Virus record (IMG/VR): IMGVR_UViG_3300028423_000904
Span: 27,540-91,539 of that record
Source: a virus
Direction: 5' to 3' (one strand)
DNA: 64,000 bases
Shown here: one piece after another, positions 49,084 through 58,324 of the stretch
How positions within the stretch are numbered: the stretch's first letter is position 1
Layout: each line of letters opens with the position of its first letter
Program-made: the position numbers and the translations under genes
The notes under the pieces: model-generated
What the model was told of the DNA's origin: nothing
The model's database searches: none
The model's input: the letters and a program-made list of their open reading frames with translations, nothing else

Positions 49084-49170
49084 TAGAGCCAGCCAGTATC
49101 ATCTCCCTTCCTATCATGCGTCCCTGGTTGGTTGAACGGGTCGGTCAAGAGATCGGCCCGTTCGTTCTCT
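49084..49170 (+). ncRNA. Candidate small RNA: stem with CU-rich loop plus terminator hairpin
   Basis: Stem 49087-96/49124-33; loop contains CATCTCCCTTCCT; 13-bp hairpin 49134-49163; G-U pairs favour + strand. Confidence 0.55.
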
Positions 49171-49209
49171 AGATAAGTAAAATACAATACAAGCTAAACT
49201 TGTAAGTAT

Positions 49210-49238
49210 TTGACATCACTAGAGAAAAACCGTATATT
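49210..49238 (+). promoter_or_regulatory. Sigma70-type promoter for uvsW (leaderless)
   Basis: TTGACA-N17-TATATT; ATG 7 nt downstream; no SD. Confidence 0.75.
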
Positions 49239-49245
49239 AGTCAGT

Positions 49246-50808
49246 ATGGAAGCTAAAATTGAATTATTGGATGAAGTGAATTGTAAAATTCACGGACTCA
49301 ACACCTCAACTCGAAGAAAATTATACGACCGGTTCAGCTTTATGCTGCCTCATGCCTATCATGTTCCTGCATTTAAAATGGGCAGGTGGGATGGAAAAAC
49401 AAATTTCTTTGCCATTGGTGGAAAAACATATACCAATCTACTAGAAGATATTTTGCCTATTCTCATTGAAGAAGGTTACGAAGTATCTCTGGTTGATAAT
49501 CGTATAAATTACGATATTGATTTTCATAAAATCGACCGAGAACATTTTAGTGAACGCAAATGGCCAGAGGGTCATCCTGTTGAGGGTGACCCTGTTATCT
49601 TGAGAGATTACCAAGTTGAAATTATTAATAATTTCCTTGAAAATCAGAAAGCATGTCAAGAAGTTGCAACTGGCGCTGGTAAAACTCTAATCACTGCCGC
49701 ACTCAGTGACCTTGTTCAAAGAAGCTTTACTGATGAACAAATGGTCATGTATAAATTACAAACGGGGCGTGACGGCGGTGCAAGAACCATTGTTATTGTT
49801 CCTAACAAAGGACTTGTTACACAAACAGAAGACGACTATCGCAATCTTGGACTTGATGTTGGAGTGTATTATGGTGACAGAAAAGAATTAAACTGCACAC
49901 ATACAATTTGCACTTGGCAAAGTCTCGAAATAATCCAAAAGAACTTCCGTGAAGGCAAAAGTGATATGAGTCTTGAAGATTTTGCCAATGGTGTTATGGC
50001 GGTTATTGTAGACGAAGCTCACGGTGCAAAAGCAGATGTCCTTAAAAAAATGCTTATAGGGCCGTTTCGCAATGTTCCTATTCGATGGGGCTTGACAGGA
50101 ACAATACCTTCAGAAGAACATGCTGCGATAGGTATTCATGTTGGTCTGGGACCTGTTGTTGGTAACCTAGCAGCAAAAACACTACAAGATGATGGGGTGC
50201 TTTCAAACTGTCATGTTGATATTATCCAAATGCAGGATAATGTTTTTTATGATAACTATCAGAGTGAATTGTCATACCTGACCACAGATCCTGACAGGCT
50301 GGATTACATGGCAGGACTAATCACAGAAATGTCAAAATCTGGAAATACGCTTGTCTTGGTCGATCGTGTTAAAGCCGGCAAGGGATTGCTAGAACGCCTG
50401 CCTGAAGACAGAACTGTTTTCATCAGTGGCGAAATGAAAAACGAACAGAGACGAGATCATTATAAAGAAGTTTCAAGTAGTGATAATAAAATCATTATTG
50501 CAACATATGGTGGTGCTGCCGTGGGTATTAATGTTCCGAGAATTTTTAACATGGTGATGGTTGAACCTGGAAAAAGTTTTGTGCGTGTTATCCAGAGTAT
50601 TGGTCGCGGATTGAGAAGAGCAAAGGACAAAGACTTTGTTCATATATATGACATAACTTCTAGTGCCAAATTTAGCAAACGACATTTGACTGAAAGAAAA
50701 AAGTTTTACCGAAAGGCACAATATCCATTTAAGATTACAAAAGTTAAATGGCGTGAAGAAATGAACATGATACAAGATTTGTTCAAAAAATTAAATAAAA
50801 AGGAATGA
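49246..50808 (+). CDS. uvsW: SF2 DNA helicase
   Basis: LRDYQ, ATGAGKT, VDEAH, GLTGT, QSIGRGLR; start MEAKIELL. Confidence 0.92.
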   Translation: MEAKIELLDEVNCKIHGLNTSTRRKLYDRFSFMLPHAYHVPAFKMGRWDGKTNFFAIGGKTYTNLLEDILPILIEEGYEVSLVDNRINYDIDFHKIDREHFSERKWPEGHPVEGDPVILRDYQVEIINNFLENQKACQEVATGAGKTLITAALSDLVQRSFTDEQMVMYKLQTGRDGGARTIVIVPNKGLVTQTEDDYRNLGLDVGVYYGDRKELNCTHTICTWQSLEIIQKNFREGKSDMSLEDFANGVMAVIVDEAHGAKADVLKKMLIGPFRNVPIRWGLTGTIPSEEHAAIGIHVGLGPVVGNLAAKTLQDDGVLSNCHVDIIQMQDNVFYDNYQSELSYLTTDPDRLDYMAGLITEMSKSGNTLVLVDRVKAGKGLLERLPEDRTVFISGEMKNEQRRDHYKEVSSSDNKIIIATYGGAAVGINVPRIFNMVMVEPGKSFVRVIQSIGRGLRRAKDKDFVHIYDITSSAKFSKRHLTERKKFYRKAQYPFKITKVKWREEMNMIQDLFKKLNKKE

Positions 50809-50811
50809 TAC

Positions 50812-51018
50812 ATGAATAAAAATTTAATTGACGACATAGTGTATTTTTTAGAAAAAGACACACTTAAATCATATCAATCAGCACAAATTTTAATAAATGC
50901 TGAAGTGGAACGGAAATTTCTTTTGGAGCATGGTATCGACGTAGGTGAAATGCCCAGCGAGGATATCAAAAAACATATAGAGATTTCCAAAGAACATTTT
51001 TTCAGGAGTAACGATTGA
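50812..51018 (+). CDS. Hypothetical protein
   Basis: AAGGA RBS; tight packing. Confidence 0.6.
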   Translation: MNKNLIDDIVYFLEKDTLKSYQSAQILINAEVERKFLLEHGIDVGEMPSEDIKKHIEISKEHFFRSND

Positions 51019-51515
51019 AAGTATTAACAAGTGAAAATCAGACATATGAATTGGATTTTGTACCAGAAGAAATTGATGATATACGATACTGTGTCCTAGA
51101 TTATAGTGATAGGCAAAATCCTGACTATTTCTTTATGCCCTTGGTTTTTCTGGAAATTTTTAATGCGCCAGCGGCTGTATTACAAGTAGGTGAACATACC
51201 TTCAAAATGCCTATTGACTGGAGTCTGATTATTTGTGACAGTGAGATTGGAGAGCCTGAAGTGGTTCCTATCACATCATTGAATGATAGGGGATTTACGG
51301 CATTCACTATGAATCCTATCACTAGCTATATGCCTAGTTTTCAACCGATTGAAATTGTAAATGTGTATAGCGAAGTAAAATGGCATTTTCCTAAACTCAA
51401 GCAAGGACATCTATTAGCAGTGCCACTAAGTGATGGTGAAGACCAACACTGTGCATTTTTTGTTAAAGAAACCAACAAGATTCCTGATGTATTGGATATT
51501 GGTGAGCTCTGGTAA
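51015..51515 (+). CDS. Hypothetical protein
   Basis: TTG start with AGGAG RBS. Confidence 0.75.
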   Translation: MKVLTSENQTYELDFVPEEIDDIRYCVLDYSDRQNPDYFFMPLVFLEIFNAPAAVLQVGEHTFKMPIDWSLIICDSEIGEPEVVPITSLNDRGFTAFTMNPITSYMPSFQPIEIVNVYSEVKWHFPKLKQGHLLAVPLSDGEDQHCAFFVKETNKIPDVLDIGELW

Positions 51516-51524
51516 TGACAGAAA

Positions 51525-51803
51525 ATGAATTCAACTCTACACAATATATCACCTGATAAAATTGCAAGAGATATTATCGGAGTTCAGCCTGTAACAAAAC
51601 CTACTGGCCTAATATTTGGTCTTCATTCTCGTTACGGCCATGTTACAATATGTGGAAATAGATCTACGTCAATCTCGATTGCATCTTTAAGTTGGATTAG
51701 GAGACAATTATCATGCCGACAATTAAAGAAGAAATGGCGGCGCTTGATCGTCGAGACTTTTCATGGTATGGAAATCTGTCCGAAGATGAACAGAAAAGTT
51801 TAA
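51525..51803 (+). other. Mini-ORF or remnant carrying a major capsid (gp23) segment
   Basis: IARDIIGVQPVTKPTGLIFGLHSRY resembles gp23 IA.DI.GVQPM..PTG.IFA.R..Y; 3' part overlaps next gene. Confidence 0.6.
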
Positions 51804-52180
51804 GTATGTGGGTTCTCATGCGTTACTGTTCAAGCACGAGCAGTAAAGTAGACGAGATCAACCAGCATTACTTGATAATGACCAATGAACTTGTGAATGT
51901 TCATTTTAATGATCTCCGTCATTATCCAGATATGCAATGGCGCTTGATGCAATGCGTTGGCATTGGCAGCAACCAATTTCATGCCTGGATCAAACCCATG
52001 AAAAGAAAAAAAGCACGAACTGGCAATGCAAAGCTTACTGAGTTTTACCTGGGTTTGTATCCACATCTTAAAGATGACGAAGTAGCCATGGCATTGGATT
52101 CCATGGATCAAGATGAAATCAAGTCTCTGCTCGAACAAGCTGGAGTTCCCAAGAACAAAGTAAAAGACTATCTCAAATGA
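51713..52180 (+). CDS. Putative clamp loader small subunit (gp62-like)
   Basis: Helical; S.W.LMRY.S, N..VN, QW, WIK..K.KK pattern; replication cluster. Confidence 0.45.
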   Translation: MPTIKEEMAALDRRDFSWYGNLSEDEQKSLSMWVLMRYCSSTSSKVDEINQHYLIMTNELVNVHFNDLRHYPDMQWRLMQCVGIGSNQFHAWIKPMKRKKARTGNAKLTEFYLGLYPHLKDDEVAMALDSMDQDEIKSLLEQAGVPKNKVKDYLK

Positions 52181-52845
52181 ACTTTCGTTGTGAATATTGT
52201 AAAAAAGAGTTCAAACGAGAATCCACTCTTACTAGGCACATGTGTCGTGACAAGAAGCGTTGGCTACAAAAAGAAGACCGCCATGTTCGTTTAGGTCTCA
52301 AGCTTTTTAATGACTGGTATCGTATTGCGATGGGGGCAAACGGTAACAAGACATATGAAGATTTTGTTCGTAGCCGTTATTATGGTGCATTTGTGCGTTT
52401 TGGTTTATATATACTAGAAACTCGGGTATTGGCTCCTGAGAGATATCTGCGTTGGTTGATCGAGAAACAGAAGCCAGTAGATCTCTGGTGCAAGGATTCA
52501 GTATACAACGAATATCTAGCCGAGCAAAGCAAGCGAGAAACAGCTGAGAGAGCGTTAGAACGCTTTGTGCTACATGCAGAAACATGGAGTGAACGAACAG
52601 GTTTTCATTGGAGCGAATATTGGAATCAGGTCAAACCACATGTGTTGGTTAATGACATCAAGATGGGTAAAATATCTCCTTGGGTATTCCTGGGATATAC
52701 TCAAGCTAAACAACGCCTAGAAGACTTGCCGGGTGAAATGTTAAATGACATAGCAAGTACCATTGACTTGCCATTTTGGAAGCGTAAAATTGATGTAAAC
52801 CAACCCACAGTCGAGTGGATAGAAAGCATATTAGAATCTTCATAA
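52177..52845 (+). CDS. C2H2-type zinc finger protein
   Basis: FRCEYCKKEFKRESTLTRHMC. Confidence 0.75.
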   Translation: MNFRCEYCKKEFKRESTLTRHMCRDKKRWLQKEDRHVRLGLKLFNDWYRIAMGANGNKTYEDFVRSRYYGAFVRFGLYILETRVLAPERYLRWLIEKQKPVDLWCKDSVYNEYLAEQSKRETAERALERFVLHAETWSERTGFHWSEYWNQVKPHVLVNDIKMGKISPWVFLGYTQAKQRLEDLPGEMLNDIASTIDLPFWKRKIDVNQPTVEWIESILESS

Positions 52846-52855
52846 AGGAAAAGAG

Positions 52856-53098
52856 ATGATAATCACATCGGAAAAACGCAGTTATGTAATTGGTCTCAAG
52901 AGCAAGCTCTATGATCGTGTAACCAGAGAATGTTCTGAAATGAGCCGAGCTGATTTGCAAAGGTATATTAATGACAATTTTGAAAAAGCAAACGCACTGA
53001 AGTCAAAAACCAATTCAGGGGCCTGGAGACAAGGCAACATGCATCATGACAAAGCCAAGGTAGCCATAATTGAAATGGACAAAAGACGGTCATCATGA
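52856..53098 (+). CDS. Hypothetical protein
   Basis: AAGGA RBS; ATGA-coupled to next gene. Confidence 0.65.
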   Translation: MIITSEKRSYVIGLKSKLYDRVTRECSEMSRADLQRYINDNFEKANALKSKTNSGAWRQGNMHHDKAKVAIIEMDKRRSS

Positions 53099-53670
53099 AG
53101 CCTGTTGTAACTGATATTGATATCGATGTTCCTGATCGCGAACAAGTATTAGAGCTGTTCCCTCATACAATTGCGAGCAACGGAAAGCGAAAGCACAATA
53201 CAGGAGTGTATTTTCATCGTGTTCCGGAAAATCCATTTAACGGACGTTGCAGTATTGATTACCAGGAGGCAGAGGATTTAGGCTATTTCAAAATCGATAT
53301 TCTAAATGTGAGTATATACAAGAATGTTCGAAATGAAGAACATTTAAATGCATTGTTGGAAAAAGATCCTCCTTGGGAATTGCTTGAGGAAAAGGATTTT
53401 TGTGACATGGTTTTTCATATGCGAGGACATCACGATATCTGTCGGAAGATGCAACCTCGAAACCTAACACAACTTGCCGCTGTGCTAGCTATGATTCGTC
53501 CAGCAAAGCGGCATTTGATCGGCAGTGACTGGGACACTGTTATGAAAAATATCTGGACCAAGCCAAAATCAGGAGAATATGCATTCAAAAAGAGCCATGC
53601 TATTTCATACGCGATGGCCGTAAAGTTGCATATGAATCTTTTGATTGAGCAAATTAGCCAAGGAAAATAA
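53095..53670 (+). CDS. dnaE: Minimal DNA polymerase III alpha (C-family)-like protein
   Basis: DIDID..DR, KH..GV, GYFKIDIL, A.IRP, YAFKKSHA.SYA. Confidence 0.85.
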   Translation: MKPVVTDIDIDVPDREQVLELFPHTIASNGKRKHNTGVYFHRVPENPFNGRCSIDYQEAEDLGYFKIDILNVSIYKNVRNEEHLNALLEKDPPWELLEEKDFCDMVFHMRGHHDICRKMQPRNLTQLAAVLAMIRPAKRHLIGSDWDTVMKNIWTKPKSGEYAFKKSHAISYAMAVKLHMNLLIEQISQGK

Positions 53671-54360
53671 ATGCATCCACTAGAACAGTTTTTATCTCAA
53701 GGATACGGTGTCTGGAAAGATCTATTACCAAAAGCCAGTATATATGAGTTAATATATAATATCGATTTGTATGACTATCCTGACAGGGGTCACGATATAA
53801 ATGGACAATATCATGAAAAACGAACCACTGACATTGAGTGGGGTAGTTATTGGACAATCCCGCTCAATAACAATCCTAGAGTGGACGAGATCCGAAATAT
53901 TACTGACAGGATTGCGTCTAAAATTTTACTGGAGCCCGTCTTCTATCATTCAGATATCAGTGTCCTCACCACTTCCTCACATTCCATCAGGCCTCATGTC
54001 GACACGCCACATCGTCACGAACCTTGGTCCAATAAAATCTCCAGGACGCTGGGTATCCAATTGGCTATACCATTGCAAGATCATGGAAGCCTGAGTGGCA
54101 CCACTGCATTTCTACCCAATAGCCATCGTCGTCATTGGGATATAAGAGATTGTTACGCAGGAAAATATGATCAGGAGTTTCTAGAAAACTATCATCAACC
54201 CGAGATTCATTTCGGTGATTTTTTAATGTGGGACGCAAGAACATTGCATTCAGCAATGCCAAACAAAGGCCATTCAAAAAGATACATGCTTCTTTTCAAT
54301 TATCTTGAAAAATCAATTGTTACAGATGTAATGGACTATGAAGCTAGTCTGATCGCCTAA
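53671..54360 (+). CDS. PhyH-like 2OG-Fe(II) dioxygenase
   Basis: PHVDTP (HxD), G.T.FLP.SH, GD.LMWD.RTLHSAMPN...R. Confidence 0.85.
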   Translation: MHPLEQFLSQGYGVWKDLLPKASIYELIYNIDLYDYPDRGHDINGQYHEKRTTDIEWGSYWTIPLNNNPRVDEIRNITDRIASKILLEPVFYHSDISVLTTSSHSIRPHVDTPHRHEPWSNKISRTLGIQLAIPLQDHGSLSGTTAFLPNSHRRHWDIRDCYAGKYDQEFLENYHQPEIHFGDFLMWDARTLHSAMPNKGHSKRYMLLFNYLEKSIVTDVMDYEASLIA

Positions 54361-54724
54361 TCAATTGAACGTTTTTGCGTTTGACTCGTTTTTGCATGAT
54401 ATCTTTGAGACATACACTTGGCCCATATTTAATTTCAAAATCCTTGATATTAAATGTTCGCAAACAATCTTTAAACGGCTGAAATTTCCTACCAAGAATA
54501 ATGTTAATAGGAATCATGCGGTTTGTCTCCCACCACCATTCTGCACCAAATTCCAGAAATAGGCGACGCAATTCAGGTGATTTGATTTCTTCATAAACAT
54601 ACATGCTGATCAGATTTGCATCTTGATTCTGTATGATACCTAAATATTCATTCTTTCCATAAGCAGCAACGGTAAGGAATGGATATTCTTCAAGTAATTG
54701 TTCTAGTTTGTTGTTTCCTGCCAT
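54344..54724 (-). CDS. Hypothetical late protein
   Basis: Start MAGNNKL five nt after TATAAATA (54730-54737, - strand). Confidence 0.7.
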   Translation of the reverse strand: MAGNNKLEQLLEEYPFLTVAAYGKNEYLGIIQNQDANLISMYVYEEIKSPELRRLFLEFGAEWWWETNRMIPINIILGRKFQPFKDCLRTFNIKDFEIKYGPSVCLKDIMQKRVKRKNVQLIRRSD

Positions 54725-54773
54725 GCACCTATTTATACGCATGACGTTTTGGTGATCGACGATAAATATTAAC

Positions 54774-55211
54774 ATGACTGTATTTGTATATCACACACCC
54801 CAAGTTGCTAGCCCGTCAGAAACTCGCCGCGGCGGCACTTATCGTATCAGTAGCAATGATGATAATCCAATTAAAATTACACGTGGCTGGGACAAAGTCA
54901 TGTATTTTGCTTTTCGTGATTATACACAGCGTCCTTTTTTTCTAACAGGAAGAACGGTTACAGCTCGACTCTACAATACTGAAAATGTCGAAGTTTGGAC
55001 TGGTGAAATGTTACCAGATGCTATTGTAGATGGTGCAGCCAGTCTTGTAATGCCCAAAGTCCAGACTGAAACTTTACAACCTGGGTTGTATAGTTTGGTT
55101 GTTGAGTATAGTGATGATTTTGGAAGAACATTGCTAGCACACACAACACACAGTCTCAACCGCCTTGTTGTTGAAATCTTGGACCAGACAACAGTGAATC
55201 TTAACATCTGA
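54774..55211 (+). CDS. Hypothetical late protein (Ig-like beta pattern)
   Basis: GATAAATA-N5-ATG; divergent from previous gene. Confidence 0.7.
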   Translation: MTVFVYHTPQVASPSETRRGGTYRISSNDDNPIKITRGWDKVMYFAFRDYTQRPFFLTGRTVTARLYNTENVEVWTGEMLPDAIVDGAASLVMPKVQTETLQPGLYSLVVEYSDDFGRTLLAHTTHSLNRLVVEILDQTTVNLNI

Positions 55212-55240
55212 TAGACAGGGTGTTTTAACTGTAATATACT
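55212..55240 (+). promoter_or_regulatory. Sigma70-type promoter for primase (leaderless)
   Basis: TAGACA-N17-TATACT; ATG 6 nt downstream; no SD. Confidence 0.65.
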
Positions 55241-55246
55241 GAAAAT

Positions 55247-56263
55247 ATGCACTTTTTTGTTGAGTTTGTCCGTAGTCGTGTTCCGGCTAATTGGCACCAG
55301 AACAGCACTGGCTGGATTTCTGGCAATTGTCCTATGTGCGTAATTAATGGTGAACCACGTCCTGACAAGTTTGGACGTGGCGGGTTTCTGTTTGGCCAGG
55401 ATGAGTGGCGTTATCATTGTTTTAATTGCAAATACGTTGCGGGCTGGAAATCTGGCGAACATATGTCATCCAATGTCAAGAAACTGCTTAAACAACTTGG
55501 CATGGATGAAGCTGAAGTGCAGAGGGCAGCTCTTGAATTGCTGCGTGAAGAAGAAACAACGCAGATGCTTAATCCAGAGCCTGCTGGTCCGCCAGTGTAT
55601 CGCCCGGATTGGCCTGAAATAGATTTGCCCGAAGGATCAGAATTTATACATGATATAAATCCTGAAACAGCACATGCGAATTTCCATGAAGGCCTTGTTA
55701 TGCTGCAAGAGCGTGGGTTGATACCACACTGGACAGATTGGGCCTATACGAGCAAAGAATTCAAATATCGCAAGCGAATGATATTGCCTTATCGTTACAA
55801 AGGAAAAATCGTAGGATATAACTCAAGATACATAGGAGACCCGCCCAAAGGAACGCCCAAATATCTCGTGACAAAGCCACCCAATTATGTGTTCAATTTG
55901 GATCGACAAAAACCAGATCGAAATATCGTGGTCGTGGTAGAAGGAGATTTAGATGCCATAAGTATTGATGGTGTTTCAGTAGGAACAAATACTATAAGTG
56001 ATGAAAAAGCTAGCTTGATCAAACAGCTCAACAAACGTGTGATTGTTTTGCCAGATGCTGATAGATCAGGTAATTCGCTTATCGAGCCTGCAATACAATA
56101 TGGTTGGAATGTTGCATTTCCTGAATGGATGGAATATTACAAGGATGCAAATTTAGCCTGTCAGAAGTATGGACGAACGTTTGTTTTGCGGTCTATCATT
56201 TCGAGTGCAACAAGCAATTCAACAAAAATAAGAGTATTAGCTAAAAAGTATTTGCAAGGTTAA
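55247..56263 (+). CDS. gp61: DNA primase
   Basis: CP.C...YHCFNC Zn finger; VVEG.LDA and PDADRSG TOPRIM motifs. Confidence 0.9.
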   Translation: MHFFVEFVRSRVPANWHQNSTGWISGNCPMCVINGEPRPDKFGRGGFLFGQDEWRYHCFNCKYVAGWKSGEHMSSNVKKLLKQLGMDEAEVQRAALELLREEETTQMLNPEPAGPPVYRPDWPEIDLPEGSEFIHDINPETAHANFHEGLVMLQERGLIPHWTDWAYTSKEFKYRKRMILPYRYKGKIVGYNSRYIGDPPKGTPKYLVTKPPNYVFNLDRQKPDRNIVVVVEGDLDAISIDGVSVGTNTISDEKASLIKQLNKRVIVLPDADRSGNSLIEPAIQYGWNVAFPEWMEYYKDANLACQKYGRTFVLRSIISSATSNSTKIRVLAKKYLQG

Positions 56264-56288
56264 CGTTTTTCATATTCTAGGAAAATAG

Positions 56289-56609
56289 TTGGCAAAAAAC
56301 ATAATAACTCGAGTATACGAAATACAAGATGTCTGGGTAGATGAACCAAGATGGACTTGGTATGGGTCTCCAATATACCAATGCGAGGCCACCAAGTTGA
56401 TATTTAAATCATCTTCTCCGGGAATAAAAATGCAGGCGTTAATGAATCATGTTAGCGGCAGTTTGGGTGTTCAAGATTTAGTTGCAACCGCATCATATTA
56501 TGTGTATTTTAAAAAAGAAGAATTTGTAATGTGGAAAATGCAATCAATGGAAGACCAAAATGGAAATTATGATTTTGATGAATTGAGACAAGGTATAATT
56601 TATGCTTAA
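56289..56609 (+). CDS. Hypothetical protein
   Basis: TTG start with AGGA RBS; AT-rich insert between primase and helicase. Confidence 0.55.
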   Translation: MAKNIITRVYEIQDVWVDEPRWTWYGSPIYQCEATKLIFKSSSPGIKMQALMNHVSGSLGVQDLVATASYYVYFKKEEFVMWKMQSMEDQNGNYDFDELRQGIIYA

Positions 56610-56919
56610 CGATTTAAAAGAACACAGTATAAAAAAAATAAAAAGACGGCTTCCAAAAAATTCTAAAAATTATAATTATACCTTTACTGTTCGTCCAATC
56701 AGAGCAATTATACCCAGAAAGGGTTTTTCGGGTTCTATTATTTTCCCCGGACAAATGTTCTGGCAAGTAAAATTAACCACGATGGTTATTAAAAATAATC
56801 AAGAACCTTTTAAGGCCAATTCAATATATTATCAATCTGTTTGTGTTAATTTGACTGATGAAGAATATTTGATGGCCAAAATAATTGGTGATATAGAGTT
56901 TGTAGGTGAATATGGCTGA
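56602..56919 (+). CDS. Hypothetical protein
   Basis: AT-rich; overlaps both neighbours. Confidence 0.55.
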   Translation: MLNDLKEHSIKKIKRRLPKNSKNYNYTFTVRPIRAIIPRKGFSGSIIFPGQMFWQVKLTTMVIKNNQEPFKANSIYYQSVCVNLTDEEYLMAKIIGDIEFVGEYG

Positions 56920-58288
56920 GGAATATAATACGGAATTACAGAGATTATATTTGGAGTTTCTCACAAGTGACCATGAACTTTTTGTTCGATGTAATAGTAT
57001 TCTGGATGAAAATTATTTTGACCGTAATTTGAGAGACAGTGTGAAGTTTTTGCGCGAGTATGTAGATGAATATGGCGCAGTCCCTGAACTCAAGCAGATA
57101 AAAGCCAAGACTGGTCTTGACTTGCAAGACATTGGACAAGCAAGCAAAGAACACAGGAAATGGTTTCTTGACGACTTTGAAAAATTTTGTAGACACAAAG
57201 CCATTGAAGCTGCGATCTTGCAGTCAACCGATAAATTGGAACGCAAAGAATACGGTGCAGTTGAAGAGTTGGTTAAAAACGCAGTTCAAATCGGACTAGC
57301 AAAAGAACTTGGAACCAATTATTGGGAAGATCCTGCAACACGTTTGCAGCGTATTATTGAACGCAAAGGCGGAACCAGCACTGGCTGGACCACAGTAGAC
57401 TATTATCTCTATGGAGGATTTAACCGCGGCGAACTTAATATCTTTGCTGGTGGTAGTGGTGCAGGTAAAAGTCTTTTCTTGCAAAACCTAGCCCTTAATT
57501 GGGTTGAAAAGGGATTTAATGTTGTTTATGTCAGTCTAGAACTTAGTGAAGATCTTTGTAGTATGCGTCTTGACAGTATGCTCACGGGTTATACCACGAA
57601 AGAACTACTCAAAAACATTGACGATGTAACACTCAAGGTCAAAATGAAAGGAAAGAAATCTGGTAGCCTGCAAATCGTGCAATTGCCCAACGGTATTAAT
57701 GTAAACGACCTCAGAGCATATATTAAAGAATACCAGATACAAAATAATATAACAGTTGATGCTATTCTGGTTGACTATCTTGACCTCATGATGCCAGCAA
57801 AAGCAAAAGTAAGTGCCGATAATGTGTTCCTTAAAGATAAACACGTATCAGAAGAATTGCGCAACTTTGCAATGGAAGGCGATTACTTGTTTGCAACAGC
57901 CAGCCAGCTTAACCGCGGCGCGGTTGACGAAGTTGAATTTGATCATAGTCATATTGCAGGTGGTTTGAGTAAAATTCAAACAGCTGATAATGTTATTGGT
58001 ATTTTTTCAAGCCGGGCAATGAGAGAACGCGGCCGGGTGCAAATTCAGTTCATGAAAACTCGTAGTTCCAGTGGCGTTGGTCAGAAAATTGATTTGGGAT
58101 TCGATATTGATAGTTTGAGAATACGCGATCTAGAAGAGGATGAAGAAGATGCAGAAACAGCAACAACCAATTCTCTTTATGACAAATTGTCTAAAAACCC
58201 AGCGGAAAAAACAGAACGTGCAGATAATACCGAGAAGGCTATAACCAATGGTGACAAGCTCAAGGCCATCTTGCGCCGTTCCGAATGA
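56912..58288 (+). CDS. gp41: Replicative DnaB-like helicase
   Basis: GGSGAGKS, SLELSE, VDYLDLM, TASQLNR, K.QTAD, MKTR. Confidence 0.95.
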   Translation: MAEEYNTELQRLYLEFLTSDHELFVRCNSILDENYFDRNLRDSVKFLREYVDEYGAVPELKQIKAKTGLDLQDIGQASKEHRKWFLDDFEKFCRHKAIEAAILQSTDKLERKEYGAVEELVKNAVQIGLAKELGTNYWEDPATRLQRIIERKGGTSTGWTTVDYYLYGGFNRGELNIFAGGSGAGKSLFLQNLALNWVEKGFNVVYVSLELSEDLCSMRLDSMLTGYTTKELLKNIDDVTLKVKMKGKKSGSLQIVQLPNGINVNDLRAYIKEYQIQNNITVDAILVDYLDLMMPAKAKVSADNVFLKDKHVSEELRNFAMEGDYLFATASQLNRGAVDEVEFDHSHIAGGLSKIQTADNVIGIFSSRAMRERGRVQIQFMKTRSSSGVGQKIDLGFDIDSLRIRDLEEDEEDAETATTNSLYDKLSKNPAEKTERADNTEKAITNGDKLKAILRRSE

Positions 58289-58324
58289 TTGCGATAAATA
58301 AGATTAGAAATAAGGGATCCAGTA

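Noticed and set aside
49084-49170. tRNA
   Set aside because: No cloverleaf, T-loop in the correct context or CCA; two-hairpin layout instead
49210-49245. Upstream start extensions given in the ORF track (also 3888, 8299, 16790, 33057, 37956, 40577, 54775, 63194)
   Set aside because: They overlap promoters or neighbouring genes; downstream ATGs have better RBS, coupling or paralogue support
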